Source: Bacteroidales bacterium (GTDB lineage Bacteria > Bacteroidota > Bacteroidia > Bacteroidales > F082). Taken from it: 64,000 nt of DNA. Of this stretch, positions 30,966-41,572 are shown in pieces. The stretch lies in the NCBI GenBank assembly GCA_014860665.1, contig JACZJI010000048.1:2418-66417 (forward strand), given 5' to 3'. Every line of letters begins with the position of its first letter. The first letter of the stretch is position 1. The translations under genes were made by a program, and so were the position numbers. Below the pieces are notes generated by a model, which worked only from the letters and a program-made list of their open reading frames with translations, had not been told where the DNA came from and did no database searches.

Positions 30966-31304
30966 TTAGAAATCGGTAGCTACTTCTTTATGCGGATTAC
31001 GCATGTAAATGTCTTCGCTCAAAAATTCATGAACAGACAATAAAGATGGCTTGGGAAGTTTCTCATAGAATTTAGCGATTTCAATTTGTTCGCGGTTCTC
31101 GAAGATTTCTTCCAAGTTATCGCTGGTTGTTGTGAAATCGGCAATTTTTTGATCTAGTTCCTGTTTTAGTTCCGATTCAATCTGGTTAGCTCTTCTACTT
31201 AACACAACCACTGTTTCGTAAATGTTGCCGGTTTGTTCGTAGAATTTGTCCTTCTGGCGTGTTACGGCCATCGTGTCAGTTTTGATTTTCTTATAATCCA
31301 TCAT
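30966..31304 (-). CDS. rpoZ: RNA polymerase omega subunit (Bacteroidota type)
   Basis: TGNIYETVVVLSRRANQI, LEEIFENREQIEI and YEKLPKP; lies between bamD and coaBC. Confidence 0.85.
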   Translation of the reverse strand: MMDYKKIKTDTMAVTRQKDKFYEQTGNIYETVVVLSRRANQIESELKQELDQKIADFTTTSDNLEEIFENREQIEIAKFYEKLPKPSLLSVHEFLSEDIYMRNPHKEVATDF

Positions 31305-31314
31305 AAAATATGAT

Positions 31315-32106
31315 TTATAAATGTTTCATAGCCTTTTCACTCAACGGCTTTAGTTCCTTTAAATATTGACTTTTGGGATACATATACAATAAGTTATTGT
31401 ATGCTTCCACCATTTTTTCATACCTATCTTTCTGCTTATCAGGCACGCTGTTAGCAGCAAAGGTGTAATATGACTTCGCTATATAGTACATATAAAGTTC
31501 CCGCCTGGTAGAATTTGAATAATCGTTCAACAAATTCTGGAAGGAAGTAATGGCAGCATCATAGTCTTCCATTTTATAATACAACAAAGCGATATTATAG
31601 TCTTTTTGTTCCAGTTTCTGATGCAATGCCTGTATCAATTGCTTAGCCTTTTCAACTTTTGAGCTGTTAGGATAACGATTAATAAATGCCTGCAACTCTC
31701 TCAAAGCAGTATATGTCATTGTTTGATCCAACTCTGCTCTAGGAGACTGAAGATAAGAACAATAAGCCTGCAAATAGCTTGCATCTTCAACCTGTGCCCC
31801 TTTGGGATACATCTGTTGATATTGCTGAAAATAATAACCTGCCAACTGATAATCTTTTATCTGAAAGTAGCCGTTGGCAGTATAATACGTTAACTTTTCA
31901 CCTTTCTTCGTCCCCTGATAAAATGAGCGAACCAAGTCAAAGAACTCGAGTGCCTTCTTAAAATTACCACTTTCATATAAATCTATACCTGTATTGTATT
32001 TCAGGGAATTATCCGGACTCTTTAAAATCTTCGAATAATTCTTACAGCCGGAAAGTGATACAACAAACCCAGCTACAATCAACATTAAAAAGGCCTTTTT
32101 TAGCAT
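31315..32106 (-). CDS. bamD: Outer membrane assembly lipoprotein BamD
   Basis: Lipobox LSGC, TPR repeats, SPRAELDQT and the A..ELQ.FIN.YP.S pattern. Confidence 0.92.
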   Translation of the reverse strand: MLKKAFLMLIVAGFVVSLSGCKNYSKILKSPDNSLKYNTGIDLYESGNFKKALEFFDLVRSFYQGTKKGEKLTYYTANGYFQIKDYQLAGYYFQQYQQMYPKGAQVEDASYLQAYCSYLQSPRAELDQTMTYTALRELQAFINRYPNSSKVEKAKQLIQALHQKLEQKDYNIALLYYKMEDYDAAITSFQNLLNDYSNSTRRELYMYYIAKSYYTFAANSVPDKQKDRYEKMVEAYNNLLYMYPKSQYLKELKPLSEKAMKHL

Positions 32107-32432
32107 GGCGCAAAATTAAAATAATTTATAACACGACAAAACGAAAAAAATCTAGGTTCGCACAAATACAGGACATCTTAATTTTTCCCGTAATGTCTAA
32201 CTTCTGGCAAAAATCAGAATTTTTTTGACAAATCTTAAGTGAAAGCTATTAATAAATGTAAAATTATAAGAAAGCACCTCCACAGAAAACTTTTTCAAAA
32301 AATGATTATCTTTGAGTTTTACTCAAGCCTATCGTTCTTTTGCAAAAAATCAAACTACCTGTGACTATTTTTTCGGATTAATGGTTATGGTTATGGAAAC
32401 ATATTCCTGCTCACGTTAGCAAAGATCAACAA

Positions 32433-34574
32433 ATGGATAAACAAAATGACCTTTTCCTGTTAATGTTTTCCCTATCTCAATTGGAAAATACAACGCAAAT
32501 TATCAAGCTATTTCATGAAAGCCTAAATGAACTTTTTAAGCCTCTTAAATTCTTTTTTTCTGAGGACAACCCCAATAAAGCTCCTTATTGTATAAAGATA
32601 ACAGCAAATGACATTACTTACGGCTATCTATTCAGCGATGAGATTCCTGATAATGAAATTGTTGTTTCTATACAAAATGCCTTACAAGTTCTTACCGTAA
32701 TTCTTGAAAAGCTCAAAACAGAGGAAGAACTAAAGGGAAGAGCCAGATCCTATGAATCAATTGCTCAAAAAAGGCTTGACGCTATAAAAGCGAGTGTAGC
32801 TGAGTTAGAAGATTCCAGAAAAGAGTCTCTTAACCTGATCGAAGATTTAAAAAGTGAAATCGCTGAACGAGAGAAAATTGAAAAGGCCCTTCGGGAAAGT
32901 GAAGAAAAGTATCATGCTCTTTTCTTTAACAACAGAACTGTCATGATATTATTAGATTCCGAAAATGGTAAAATCCTGGAAGCTAATCCCGCAGCATCTT
33001 CTTTTTACGGATGGACTTTGGACGAAATGAAAAAGATGTCGCTTTTTGACATTAATACATCCGCTAAAAAAGAAATTCTGCAAAATATCTCAAAAGCTAA
33101 ACAGAAAGAGCAGAACTATTTTCATTTTATTCACAGACTAAAAGATGGGACTCAAAAAGAAGTAGATACATATTCCTGGCCTATTTCGATAAAAGAAAAA
33201 GGCTACCTGTTTTCCATAATTCACGACACCACCCAGCAAATAATCGCAGAGAGAAAACTGGAAGAAAACGAAAGGCTCTTCCGATCAATTGTAGAGAACT
33301 CTTTTGAAGGGATAGGATTAATAGATAACAATTTTACATTTACTTATGTGAATGAGAATCTGGCAAAGCTTCTGAATTACCCTGTTGAAGAAATTGTTGG
33401 TTCGACTTTTATACAATTTTTTGCTCCGGAAAACCGAGAAATCGTAACTGACCGCCATATAAGGAGGAAAAGAGGTGAACAAGTCCCATCGCGTTACGAA
33501 GTCCTCCTTTTAAGAAAAGACGGAGAAAAAGTTGTTACTGAGATTTCAGCTTCCACTTTTAAAGATTCTGATGGGAATCCGCTGATCCTTGTACAGTTCA
33601 TCGATATTACTGAAAAGAAAAAAACTGAAGAGAAATTAAGGCTTCAGCGATATCATCAGCAAATAATCCTTGATGCATCGCCAACGGCGATATGGTTTAA
33701 GGACAAAAAAAACAATATCATCAGGGCAAACAAAGCAGCAACAGCCATTGCAAAAAAAAGCATTGAAGAGATCGAAGGGAAACCGTCAAAAGAAATTTTT
33801 CCTGAAGATGCTGAAAAATATTACCAGGACGATTTGGAAGTTATTAATTCAGGGAAGCCTAAAACAGGAATTGTTGAGCCAATTAAAGCAGGCAACAAAA
33901 TATCATGGCTTCGAACTGACAAACTCCCATGGTATGACGAAGAAGGAAATATTGCAGGGGTCGTTGTATATTCCGAAGATATCACTGAAATAAGAGGGGC
34001 TGAAGAAACCGTTAAAAAAGAACGCGACCAGGCACAGAGGTACCTAGACATAGCCGGTGTTATGTTTGCTTCCTTAAATTCTAAAGGAGAAATTATCATT
34101 GTAAATAAAAAGGGGTGTGAAATTTTAGGCTATGACAATGCAGACGAATTGGTTGGTAAAAATTGGTTGGACACATGTCTTCCTGAATCAAACAAACAAG
34201 AAATCAAAGATATATTTCGGGAGCAGATGGCAGGGAATATTAAAGCTTTTGAATACTATGAAAATCCTGTGGTCACAAAATCCGGGGAGGAACGACTCAT
34301 TGCTTTCCATAACACAGTCTTGCTGGATCAAAAAGGCAACATTTCGGGTGTTTTATTTTCAGGGGAAGATATTACAGAAAGAGTAAAGGCTGAGGAACAA
34401 ATTAAGAAACTAAATGCGGAACTGGAAATAAGAGTAATTGAAAGAACAGCTGAGCTTGAGAAAGCCAATAAAAATTTAGAAGAAATTAATGACATATTTG
34501 TTGGACGTGAGATGAGAATCATCGAGTTAAAAGAGGAAGTCGACAGACTTAAGAAAAAACTTCTGGAGAAGTAA
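32433..34574 (+). CDS. Multi-PAS sensor protein without a kinase or other output domain
   Basis: Four PAS/PAC repeats ending in HDTT, IDITE, EDITE and EDITE, then a coiled coil ending FVGREMRIIELKEEV. No H-box and no HATPase domain. Confidence 0.88.
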   Translation: MDKQNDLFLLMFSLSQLENTTQIIKLFHESLNELFKPLKFFFSEDNPNKAPYCIKITANDITYGYLFSDEIPDNEIVVSIQNALQVLTVILEKLKTEEELKGRARSYESIAQKRLDAIKASVAELEDSRKESLNLIEDLKSEIAEREKIEKALRESEEKYHALFFNNRTVMILLDSENGKILEANPAASSFYGWTLDEMKKMSLFDINTSAKKEILQNISKAKQKEQNYFHFIHRLKDGTQKEVDTYSWPISIKEKGYLFSIIHDTTQQIIAERKLEENERLFRSIVENSFEGIGLIDNNFTFTYVNENLAKLLNYPVEEIVGSTFIQFFAPENREIVTDRHIRRKRGEQVPSRYEVLLLRKDGEKVVTEISASTFKDSDGNPLILVQFIDITEKKKTEEKLRLQRYHQQIILDASPTAIWFKDKKNNIIRANKAATAIAKKSIEEIEGKPSKEIFPEDAEKYYQDDLEVINSGKPKTGIVEPIKAGNKISWLRTDKLPWYDEEGNIAGVVVYSEDITEIRGAEETVKKERDQAQRYLDIAGVMFASLNSKGEIIIVNKKGCEILGYDNADELVGKNWLDTCLPESNKQEIKDIFREQMAGNIKAFEYYENPVVTKSGEERLIAFHNTVLLDQKGNISGVLFSGEDITERVKAEEQIKKLNAELEIRVIERTAELEKANKNLEEINDIFVGREMRIIELKEEVDRLKKKLLEK

Positions 34575-34623
34575 TTTCTTAATATCATTCCATTGGAACA
34601 TTATAAAAATTTTTACAAGAAAA

Positions 34624-37356
34624 ATGAGAAAATTCTTTTTTACCATAGCCACTATTCTCTTTTTGCTTGTGCCGTATTTTTCATACTCACAGGATACAAT
34701 CCCAAGTACAATTGTGTATGGTGGAGATGAAGCTTTTCCCCCTTACGAATTCCTGAACAAAAAAGGTGAACCAGAAGGATTTAATATCGACTTGATAAGG
34801 TATATCGCAAAGCAAATGGGATTCAAGGTTAAAATAAAACTAGCCCCATGGAATGAAATTGCTGGAGAGCTTGAGCATACAGATAGCATTCAGGTAGCAA
34901 GCATGTATTTTTCGGAAAAGAGGGCACAGCTTGTAGATTTTGCCAGCCCTATCGAGATGAGCTACTATGAATTGTATCTAAAAAAAGGAACCAAATTTTC
35001 TGACTTAAAGAGTCTGGAGGGGAAAACTGTAGCCATTGAAAATGGTTCTGTTCTTGACGAGTATTTTACTGAAAATTATCCTGGTGTTATTCTGATGCGA
35101 TATCCTAGTGAGGTAGCTGCTTTGGAAGCGCTATCCAAAGGCGAATGTTATGCTGCTTTTGCTTCAAATATCATTAACTATAATCTGATTAAAGCAGAGG
35201 ACCTTAACAATTTGTTTAAATATCACAAGCCCTTTTTGCCTCGGTTATATTCTTTTGCGGTAAAGAAGGAAAACACCAGACTTCTGAATCTTTTGAATAT
35301 AGGATTATTAAAGGCACAAGAAGATGGAGTATTTCATAATTTAAGAAAGAAATGGATTAACGATCAAAAGGAATCCTGGTTAACGAAAAATTCAAAATGG
35401 ATTTTAACTGCAATTCTGATACTTATTATCTGGTTTATTTCGTGGATAATCGTTTTGAGATATTCTATAAATATAAAGACCAAAGAACTGGGATTTGCCA
35501 ATTCAAGACTACGATTGATTGCTAGTTTTAAGCCAACCCGAATTGATAAGATCTCAGCTCAGGAACAAGTCATAAAGCTGCTGGAACATATTAAAGAAAC
35601 TTTCAAAGCTGATGCTTGCATAGTTCGAATCCTGAAAGATAATCAACTTGAACTTTTTGAAAGCGTAGGAATTGAAAGCAAAAATTTGGTGCAGATGTTC
35701 CCAGCTAATGAAGGATTTGGGAAAAAAGTTATCGAAGCAAGAAAAGCCCTTGGATTTAAGAATGTAGCAAATGAAAGTACGCACAACAAGATTAAAAACA
35801 AATACCCTAATCTTTTTTCGTTTGTTTCCTATGCAGGCGCACCACTAATATTTGAAGGAAAAGTTATCGGCATTATTGGTGTTTATTCTAAAACGAAAAA
35901 ACATGAATTCTCATCAGATGAGTTGGAACATTTCCAAATTGTAGCGGATCAGTTAGCTGTATCATTTGAGAATACACTCCTTTTTGAACAGAATGAAAAA
36001 CAAAAGGAAATTCTTGTCAAGCAAATTGTTTCCAGGAAAGCCGCTGAAAGCGAGTTACAAAAGTCATTTCAAACAACTAATACCCTTTATGAAATCTCTA
36101 AAGAGTTAAGCCTTTCTTTGGACATGATGATCATCGGAAGTAAAATCTTAAAGTCCCTTGAAAAACTTCTTAAATCGCAAAGAAGCTCCATATGGCTCAT
36201 GGATGAAAATAGGAGAAAAGTATCCCTTATTGCTTTTTCAGATTTCAATTTAAAAGGTGATGAGCTGCAAAAAGAAATTCAAAACATAAAAAATAAAACT
36301 AAAAAACCGGGAGAAGGTATTATAGGGTGGGTCTCACTAAACGGTGAAAATTTCCGGTCAGGTAACGTAAAAAAAGATGAAAGATTTCATGAAACCAACT
36401 CAGGGGTAAAATCCGTCTTATGCGTCCCAATTATCCTAGAAGGCATTTCAATAGGTTGCATTAATATTGAAAGTTTTGAAAAAAACATCTTCTCTGAAGA
36501 AGACGAGCGACTACTTACTGCAATTTCAAATCTTTCTTCATCAACCATTCAGAATGCCAGGCTGTTTGAAAAGCTAAATTTTGAATTAGCAGAACGTACC
36601 AGAGCAGAGCGAGAGGTAGAGAAATTGAACAAAGATTTGGAGCTAAGGGTAGAACAACGAACGGAAGAATTGAGGGCAAGTAATAAAGAAATGGAATCGT
36701 TTGTCTATTCTATTTCTCATGATTTAAGAGCCCCTCTGCGATCTATTACCGGATTTGCTGAAATAATTTCAAGGCGTCATAAAGCAAATCTTAATGAAGA
36801 AGGACAGGAATATTTTGAGTATATTCTTGAAGCAGCGAACAATATGGCAAACTTAATTAACGATCTTCTTCAATTCTCGCGATTGGCAAAAAATCCACTT
36901 TCTAAAACTCCTGTTGACCTGAATGAAGTACTGGAATCCGTGCAAAAAAATCTGAATCAGGATATAATAGATAAAAAAGCCACTATTATCCTTTCGGGGA
37001 AAATGCCTATAGTGAAAGGTGACAGAAGTCTTATCGGACAGATATTTTCCAATTTGGTTCAAAATGCCATTAAATACCATCGGACTGGCGTTGATCCGAA
37101 GGTTGTCATCTCAGTTATTGACGACGAAAAAAGTACAGTTATTAAAATCCAGGACAATGGTATGGGTATTCCACCTGAACACTTTGAGAAAATCTTTGAT
37201 ATTTTCCAAAGGCTCCATTCAAATGAAACATATCCCGGCACGGGAATCGGTCTTGCTATTGTAAAAAAGGCAATTACTGCATTGGGGGGAACCGTTTGGC
37301 TGGAATCAAAAATAGGCGAGGGCACTACATTTTTTGTACAATTTTCTAAGAACTAA
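34624..37356 (+). CDS. Sensor histidine kinase: periplasmic SBP_bac_3-type domain, two GAFs, HisKA, HATPase
   Basis: FPPYEF..GFNIDL solute-binding motif, one TM helix, two GAF domains, H-box SISHDLRAPL, NLVQNAIKY, DNGMGI and GTGIGL. Confidence 0.93.
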   Translation: MRKFFFTIATILFLLVPYFSYSQDTIPSTIVYGGDEAFPPYEFLNKKGEPEGFNIDLIRYIAKQMGFKVKIKLAPWNEIAGELEHTDSIQVASMYFSEKRAQLVDFASPIEMSYYELYLKKGTKFSDLKSLEGKTVAIENGSVLDEYFTENYPGVILMRYPSEVAALEALSKGECYAAFASNIINYNLIKAEDLNNLFKYHKPFLPRLYSFAVKKENTRLLNLLNIGLLKAQEDGVFHNLRKKWINDQKESWLTKNSKWILTAILILIIWFISWIIVLRYSINIKTKELGFANSRLRLIASFKPTRIDKISAQEQVIKLLEHIKETFKADACIVRILKDNQLELFESVGIESKNLVQMFPANEGFGKKVIEARKALGFKNVANESTHNKIKNKYPNLFSFVSYAGAPLIFEGKVIGIIGVYSKTKKHEFSSDELEHFQIVADQLAVSFENTLLFEQNEKQKEILVKQIVSRKAAESELQKSFQTTNTLYEISKELSLSLDMMIIGSKILKSLEKLLKSQRSSIWLMDENRRKVSLIAFSDFNLKGDELQKEIQNIKNKTKKPGEGIIGWVSLNGENFRSGNVKKDERFHETNSGVKSVLCVPIILEGISIGCINIESFEKNIFSEEDERLLTAISNLSSSTIQNARLFEKLNFELAERTRAEREVEKLNKDLELRVEQRTEELRASNKEMESFVYSISHDLRAPLRSITGFAEIISRRHKANLNEEGQEYFEYILEAANNMANLINDLLQFSRLAKNPLSKTPVDLNEVLESVQKNLNQDIIDKKATIILSGKMPIVKGDRSLIGQIFSNLVQNAIKYHRTGVDPKVVISVIDDEKSTVIKIQDNGMGIPPEHFEKIFDIFQRLHSNETYPGTGIGLAIVKKAITALGGTVWLESKIGEGTTFFVQFSKN

Positions 37357-37582
37357 CATATTCTCTCTCTGGAAAATTCTTCATATTGGGCTACTAAATA
37401 ATAATTCTGATAAAAAGCCCCTGGAATTTAAATTTTCTGTAAAAGCAAGATAACTTTCAGAAGTTTAGCGAAAATTAACATAATCATCTTAATTTTTAAT
37501 TATTTTTACTCTCCTACAAATAAATCCACACGCCATTATTAAAAATGAAATAATTGTATCATTAACGAAATAAAAACTACCA

Positions 37583-38032
37583 ATGATAGAACCAGCAAGA
37601 ATCCTTTTAGTTGAAGATAATAAAATGGATATTGCGCTTACTTTAGACGCTTTTCGCGAGGCAGAATCAAGCAGCAAAATTCAAGTGGCACATAACGGAG
37701 AAGAAGCTCTGAACTACCTTTTTGGGGAAGGAAAATATTCAGATCGTCATACATTTCCATTACCAAGTTTAGTTTTGTTAGACTTAAAAATGCCAGGTAT
37801 CGGAGGGGTCGAAGTTTTAAAAAAAGTAAAGATCACTCCCCAGATAAAACGAATACCTATTATCGTGCTAACTTCCTCAAAAGAAGAAAAGGATCGTGCT
37901 GAAAGTTATGACCATGGAGCAAATAGTTATTTGTTAAAGCCCATTTCATTTGATGGTTTTTTGGATGTTGTAAAAAAAGTAACAGATTACTGGATTTCGC
38001 TAAATGTTGAACCGCCTTTAAGTTTGAGTTGA
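37583..38032 (+). CDS. Single-domain response regulator (Rcp1-like)
   Basis: LLVEDN, LLDLKMP, IPIIVLTSS..E.D...SYD.GANSYLLKP. Confidence 0.95.
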   Translation: MIEPARILLVEDNKMDIALTLDAFREAESSSKIQVAHNGEEALNYLFGEGKYSDRHTFPLPSLVLLDLKMPGIGGVEVLKKVKITPQIKRIPIIVLTSSKEEKDRAESYDHGANSYLLKPISFDGFLDVVKKVTDYWISLNVEPPLSLS

Positions 38033-38096
38033 AGTCAGCACAATCCTGTTTTTTGTTTCAAAAAGTAAATTCACAAGAACCTCAATATTAAAAGCT

Positions 38097-41000
38097 ATGG
38101 CAGAAAAAATCCGGATTCTATACATTGACGACAATCCTGGTGATCGAGCCCTTGTCAAGGACTCACTTGAAAAAGAACATAGTGGGTACTCATTGATGCT
38201 AGCCAAATCAAAAGAAGAATTTGAGAAATTAATTCATAAACATATCTTCGACTTAGTACTTACCGATTTTAATATTTTAGGATTCGAAGGGCTGCAGGTT
38301 TTGGCCACAGTTCAGGAAGTTTCTCCAGGTACGCCGGTAATTGTTGTCACAGGAACCGGCTCCGAAGAAATTGCCGTTCAAGCTCTTAAAAGAGGAGCAT
38401 CCGATTACATCATTAAAAGCCCGCAGCATATTGTCAGATTACCCAATTCAATAAAAGCCGTCCTGGAAAGAAAGCAGTTTGAAACAGAACAACATAAAGG
38501 TGAAGAAGAGCTCCTTAAAATGAACCGGGTTTATTCTTTGGTAAGTCAAATCAATCAGTTAATCGTAAGAACCAGCGACCGGGAAATACTTTTTCAGCAC
38601 TCCTGTAACATTGCTGTTAACTACGGTAAGTTTCAAATGGCATGGATCGGACTTATAGATAGTACCACGGATGCAATTAAGCCCTATTGCTGGGCGGGAA
38701 ACGAAGACGGATACCTTGAAAACATTAATATCAAAATATCCGACAAAGAACCGGAAGGCAGAGGCCCCACGGGGACTGCGTTTCGTGAAGGGAAGTATTT
38801 TGTTTGCAACGACATCGAACACGATCCTATCATGGAGCCCTGGAGAAATGAAGCACTTAAAAGGGGTTATGGTTCTTCCATTGGAATTCCTATCAAACAA
38901 GAAAACGAAGTTATCGGAACTCTTACAATTTATGCCCATGAACCTGACTTCTTTGATCATAAAGAAATAATGGCTTTAAGAGAAATAACCAATGACATCT
39001 CTTATGCTTTAGATGCTATTAAAGCGGATGAAATTCGCCGCAAAACAGAAGAGGAACTGATTAAAATGAATCGTGTATTTGCTCTGATAAGCCAAATAAA
39101 TCAGTTGATAGTCAGAACAAGGGACCGGGATAAGCTTTTTCAGGAAGCATGCAATATCGCAATCAATTTTGGACAGTTTCGTATGGCATGGATTGGTCTT
39201 GTTGAAGAAAATTCAGATCGTTACAGAATTCACTGTTTCGCAGGACATGAAGAAGGTTATTTATCCAAAACTAAAATAAAAATAACTAATGATATCCCAG
39301 AAGGCCGGGGACCGGCAGGCAAAGCTTTACGTGAAGGAAAATTTATTGTGTGTAACAATATTGCCAGGGACCCCATCATGGCACCCTGGAAAAAAGAAGC
39401 TCTTAAAAGAAATTACCATTCCTCAATAACTCTGCCAATAAAGCAGGAAGGAATTACAATAGGAACTTTTAATATTTATGCCGAAGAATCTGGATTTTTC
39501 GATTCGCAGGAAATCAGATTACTGGAAGAAGTTGTTGATGATATTTCTTTTGCCCTCGATATGATAAAAGCTGATGAGATTCGACGTAAAGCTGAAAAGG
39601 ATCTGTTAGAGCGTCAAGAGGAACTTCAGGCTTACTTTGAACATGATATTTCAGCTGATTTTCTAGTAACTACTGAGGGCAAACTGATCAGCTGTAATAA
39701 GACTTTTTACAAAATGTTTGGCATTGAGTCAGAACTGCAAAAAGAACAATTTGATATTTCTCAATTCTATAAAAACCCTGAAACGAGAAAAGAACTAATT
39801 GAAGAAATCAGAAAAAACGGCAAGGTTGAGGATTTCGAAATTGAGTTTATTACAAAAAACGGTGAACCACTCTACGTATTAGGAAATATTCAGGGAAATT
39901 TTGGCGAATTTGGAGAACTTGTTTCTCTGAGAGAATACATTGTAGATATCACAAAGAGGAAAACAGCAGAGGAATCGTTAATAAAACTTTCACGTGCTGT
40001 TGAACAGAGCCCTGAAACAATTGTGATAACGAATAAAGATGGAAAGATAGAATATGTAAACCCAACTTTTACAAAAGTCACCGGCTATACTAGTGAAGAA
40101 ATTATCGGAGAGAACCCAAGAATTCTTAGTAGTCATGAAAAATTAGATCAAGAGTATAAAGAGATGTGGGACATTATTTTATCCGGGAATATTTGGCGGG
40201 GAGAATTTCACGACAAAAAGAAAAACGGAGAGCTTTATTGGGAACAAGCATCCATCTCTCCAATCATAGGTGAAAAAGGAGAAATAACACATTTTGTTGC
40301 TGTAAAAGAAGATATTACAGAAATAAAAGCAAAAGATCTGGAACTAAAAATGGCTTTGGAAAAAGCTCAGGAATCTGACCGCCTGAAGTCTGCCTTTCTG
40401 GCTAATATGAGCCATGAAATCCGGACACCTATGAACGGAATCATAGGTTTTGCCGAATTACTAAAAGAGCCCAGACTCAATGGAGACCAACAGCGCGAAT
40501 ACCTTGATATTATTGAGAAAAGTGCTAACAGAATGCTGAACATAATAACCGACATCGTAAATATTTCAAAGATAGAAGCCGGACAAATGGATGTCTATTA
40601 TACAGAATTCAATATCAACAAAGAGATGGATTTTCTGTATTCATTCTTTAAACCGGATACTGACCAAAAACAAGTCAAACTCTCATATCACAAAGATCTG
40701 CCTGATTCTGAAACTATCATTAAAACAGATCGTGAAAAAATTTCCAGTATTCTGACAAACCTTATTAAAAACGCAATCAAGTTCACTTCTAATGGCTTCA
40801 TAGAATTTGGTTATCAGAAAAAAGAAAATGTGCTTGAATTTTTTATTAAAGATACAGGGATTGGTATCCTCGATGAAAACAAAGATGTAGTGTTCGAAAG
40901 ATTCAGACAGGGAAGCGAATATCTTACACATCACTATGAAGGTTCTGGATTAGGACTTTCTATCTCAAAAGCTTATGTTGAAATGCTGGGAGGTAAAATT

Positions 41001-41501
41001 TGGTTCAAGAGCATAAATACCAAAGAAAATCATGGAACTGAATTTTACTTTACACTGCCCTTTTATCCTATCACAAATAACAAACTTATTAAAGACAATA
41101 AAGTTGCCATAGACAAGCTCGAAAATGAAAATCAGAAAAGATTAAAAATACTTATCGTTGAAGATGATGAAGTATCAGAGATGTTGTTGAAATATGTCTT
41201 AGAGCCATTTTCAAAAGAGTTTTTAACAACAGCATCAGGTAAGAAAGCAATAGAAATATGCAAACAAAATCCTGATATAGATATCATTATGATGGACATA
41301 AGAATACCCGAAATGGATGGATATGAATCAGCACGCCAAATAAGAAAATTTAATAAAGATGTTCTGATCATTGCGCAGACAGCTTTTGCATTGGAAGGAG
41401 ATCGTGAAAAAGCAATGGAGGCAGGCTGTAATGATTATATATCAAAACCCATTCAACTGGATAAATTCAAGGTTATACTGCAAAAGTTTGATCTGAGTTA
41501 A
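38097..41501 (+). CDS. Hybrid histidine kinase: REC-GAF-GAF-PAS-PAS-HisKA-HATPase-REC
   Basis: N-terminal REC (YIDDN, LTDF), a duplicated GAF, H-box ANMSHEIRTPMN, NLIKNAIKFT, DTGIGI, GSGLGL and a C-terminal REC (MMDIRIP, SKP). Confidence 0.94.
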   Translation: MAEKIRILYIDDNPGDRALVKDSLEKEHSGYSLMLAKSKEEFEKLIHKHIFDLVLTDFNILGFEGLQVLATVQEVSPGTPVIVVTGTGSEEIAVQALKRGASDYIIKSPQHIVRLPNSIKAVLERKQFETEQHKGEEELLKMNRVYSLVSQINQLIVRTSDREILFQHSCNIAVNYGKFQMAWIGLIDSTTDAIKPYCWAGNEDGYLENINIKISDKEPEGRGPTGTAFREGKYFVCNDIEHDPIMEPWRNEALKRGYGSSIGIPIKQENEVIGTLTIYAHEPDFFDHKEIMALREITNDISYALDAIKADEIRRKTEEELIKMNRVFALISQINQLIVRTRDRDKLFQEACNIAINFGQFRMAWIGLVEENSDRYRIHCFAGHEEGYLSKTKIKITNDIPEGRGPAGKALREGKFIVCNNIARDPIMAPWKKEALKRNYHSSITLPIKQEGITIGTFNIYAEESGFFDSQEIRLLEEVVDDISFALDMIKADEIRRKAEKDLLERQEELQAYFEHDISADFLVTTEGKLISCNKTFYKMFGIESELQKEQFDISQFYKNPETRKELIEEIRKNGKVEDFEIEFITKNGEPLYVLGNIQGNFGEFGELVSLREYIVDITKRKTAEESLIKLSRAVEQSPETIVITNKDGKIEYVNPTFTKVTGYTSEEIIGENPRILSSHEKLDQEYKEMWDIILSGNIWRGEFHDKKKNGELYWEQASISPIIGEKGEITHFVAVKEDITEIKAKDLELKMALEKAQESDRLKSAFLANMSHEIRTPMNGIIGFAELLKEPRLNGDQQREYLDIIEKSANRMLNIITDIVNISKIEAGQMDVYYTEFNINKEMDFLYSFFKPDTDQKQVKLSYHKDLPDSETIIKTDREKISSILTNLIKNAIKFTSNGFIEFGYQKKENVLEFFIKDTGIGILDENKDVVFERFRQGSEYLTHHYEGSGLGLSISKAYVEMLGGKIWFKSINTKENHGTEFYFTLPFYPITNNKLIKDNKVAIDKLENENQKRLKILIVEDDEVSEMLLKYVLEPFSKEFLTTASGKKAIEICKQNPDIDIIMMDIRIPEMDGYESARQIRKFNKDVLIIAQTAFALEGDREKAMEAGCNDYISKPIQLDKFKVILQKFDLS

Positions 41502-41572
41502 TATACAATTCATGTAATAAGTCTCAAATTCCTTTTGCTTAGAGGAATGCAAAAGACAATCTTAAAGAAAGT

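Noticed and set aside
27489-32106. sucC without sucD, and gcvP without gcvT/H, as novel arrangements
   Set aside because: Split sucC/sucD and dispersed gcv genes are common in Bacteroidota, and bamD-rpoZ-coaBC-DUF4835 is a conserved ordinary block.
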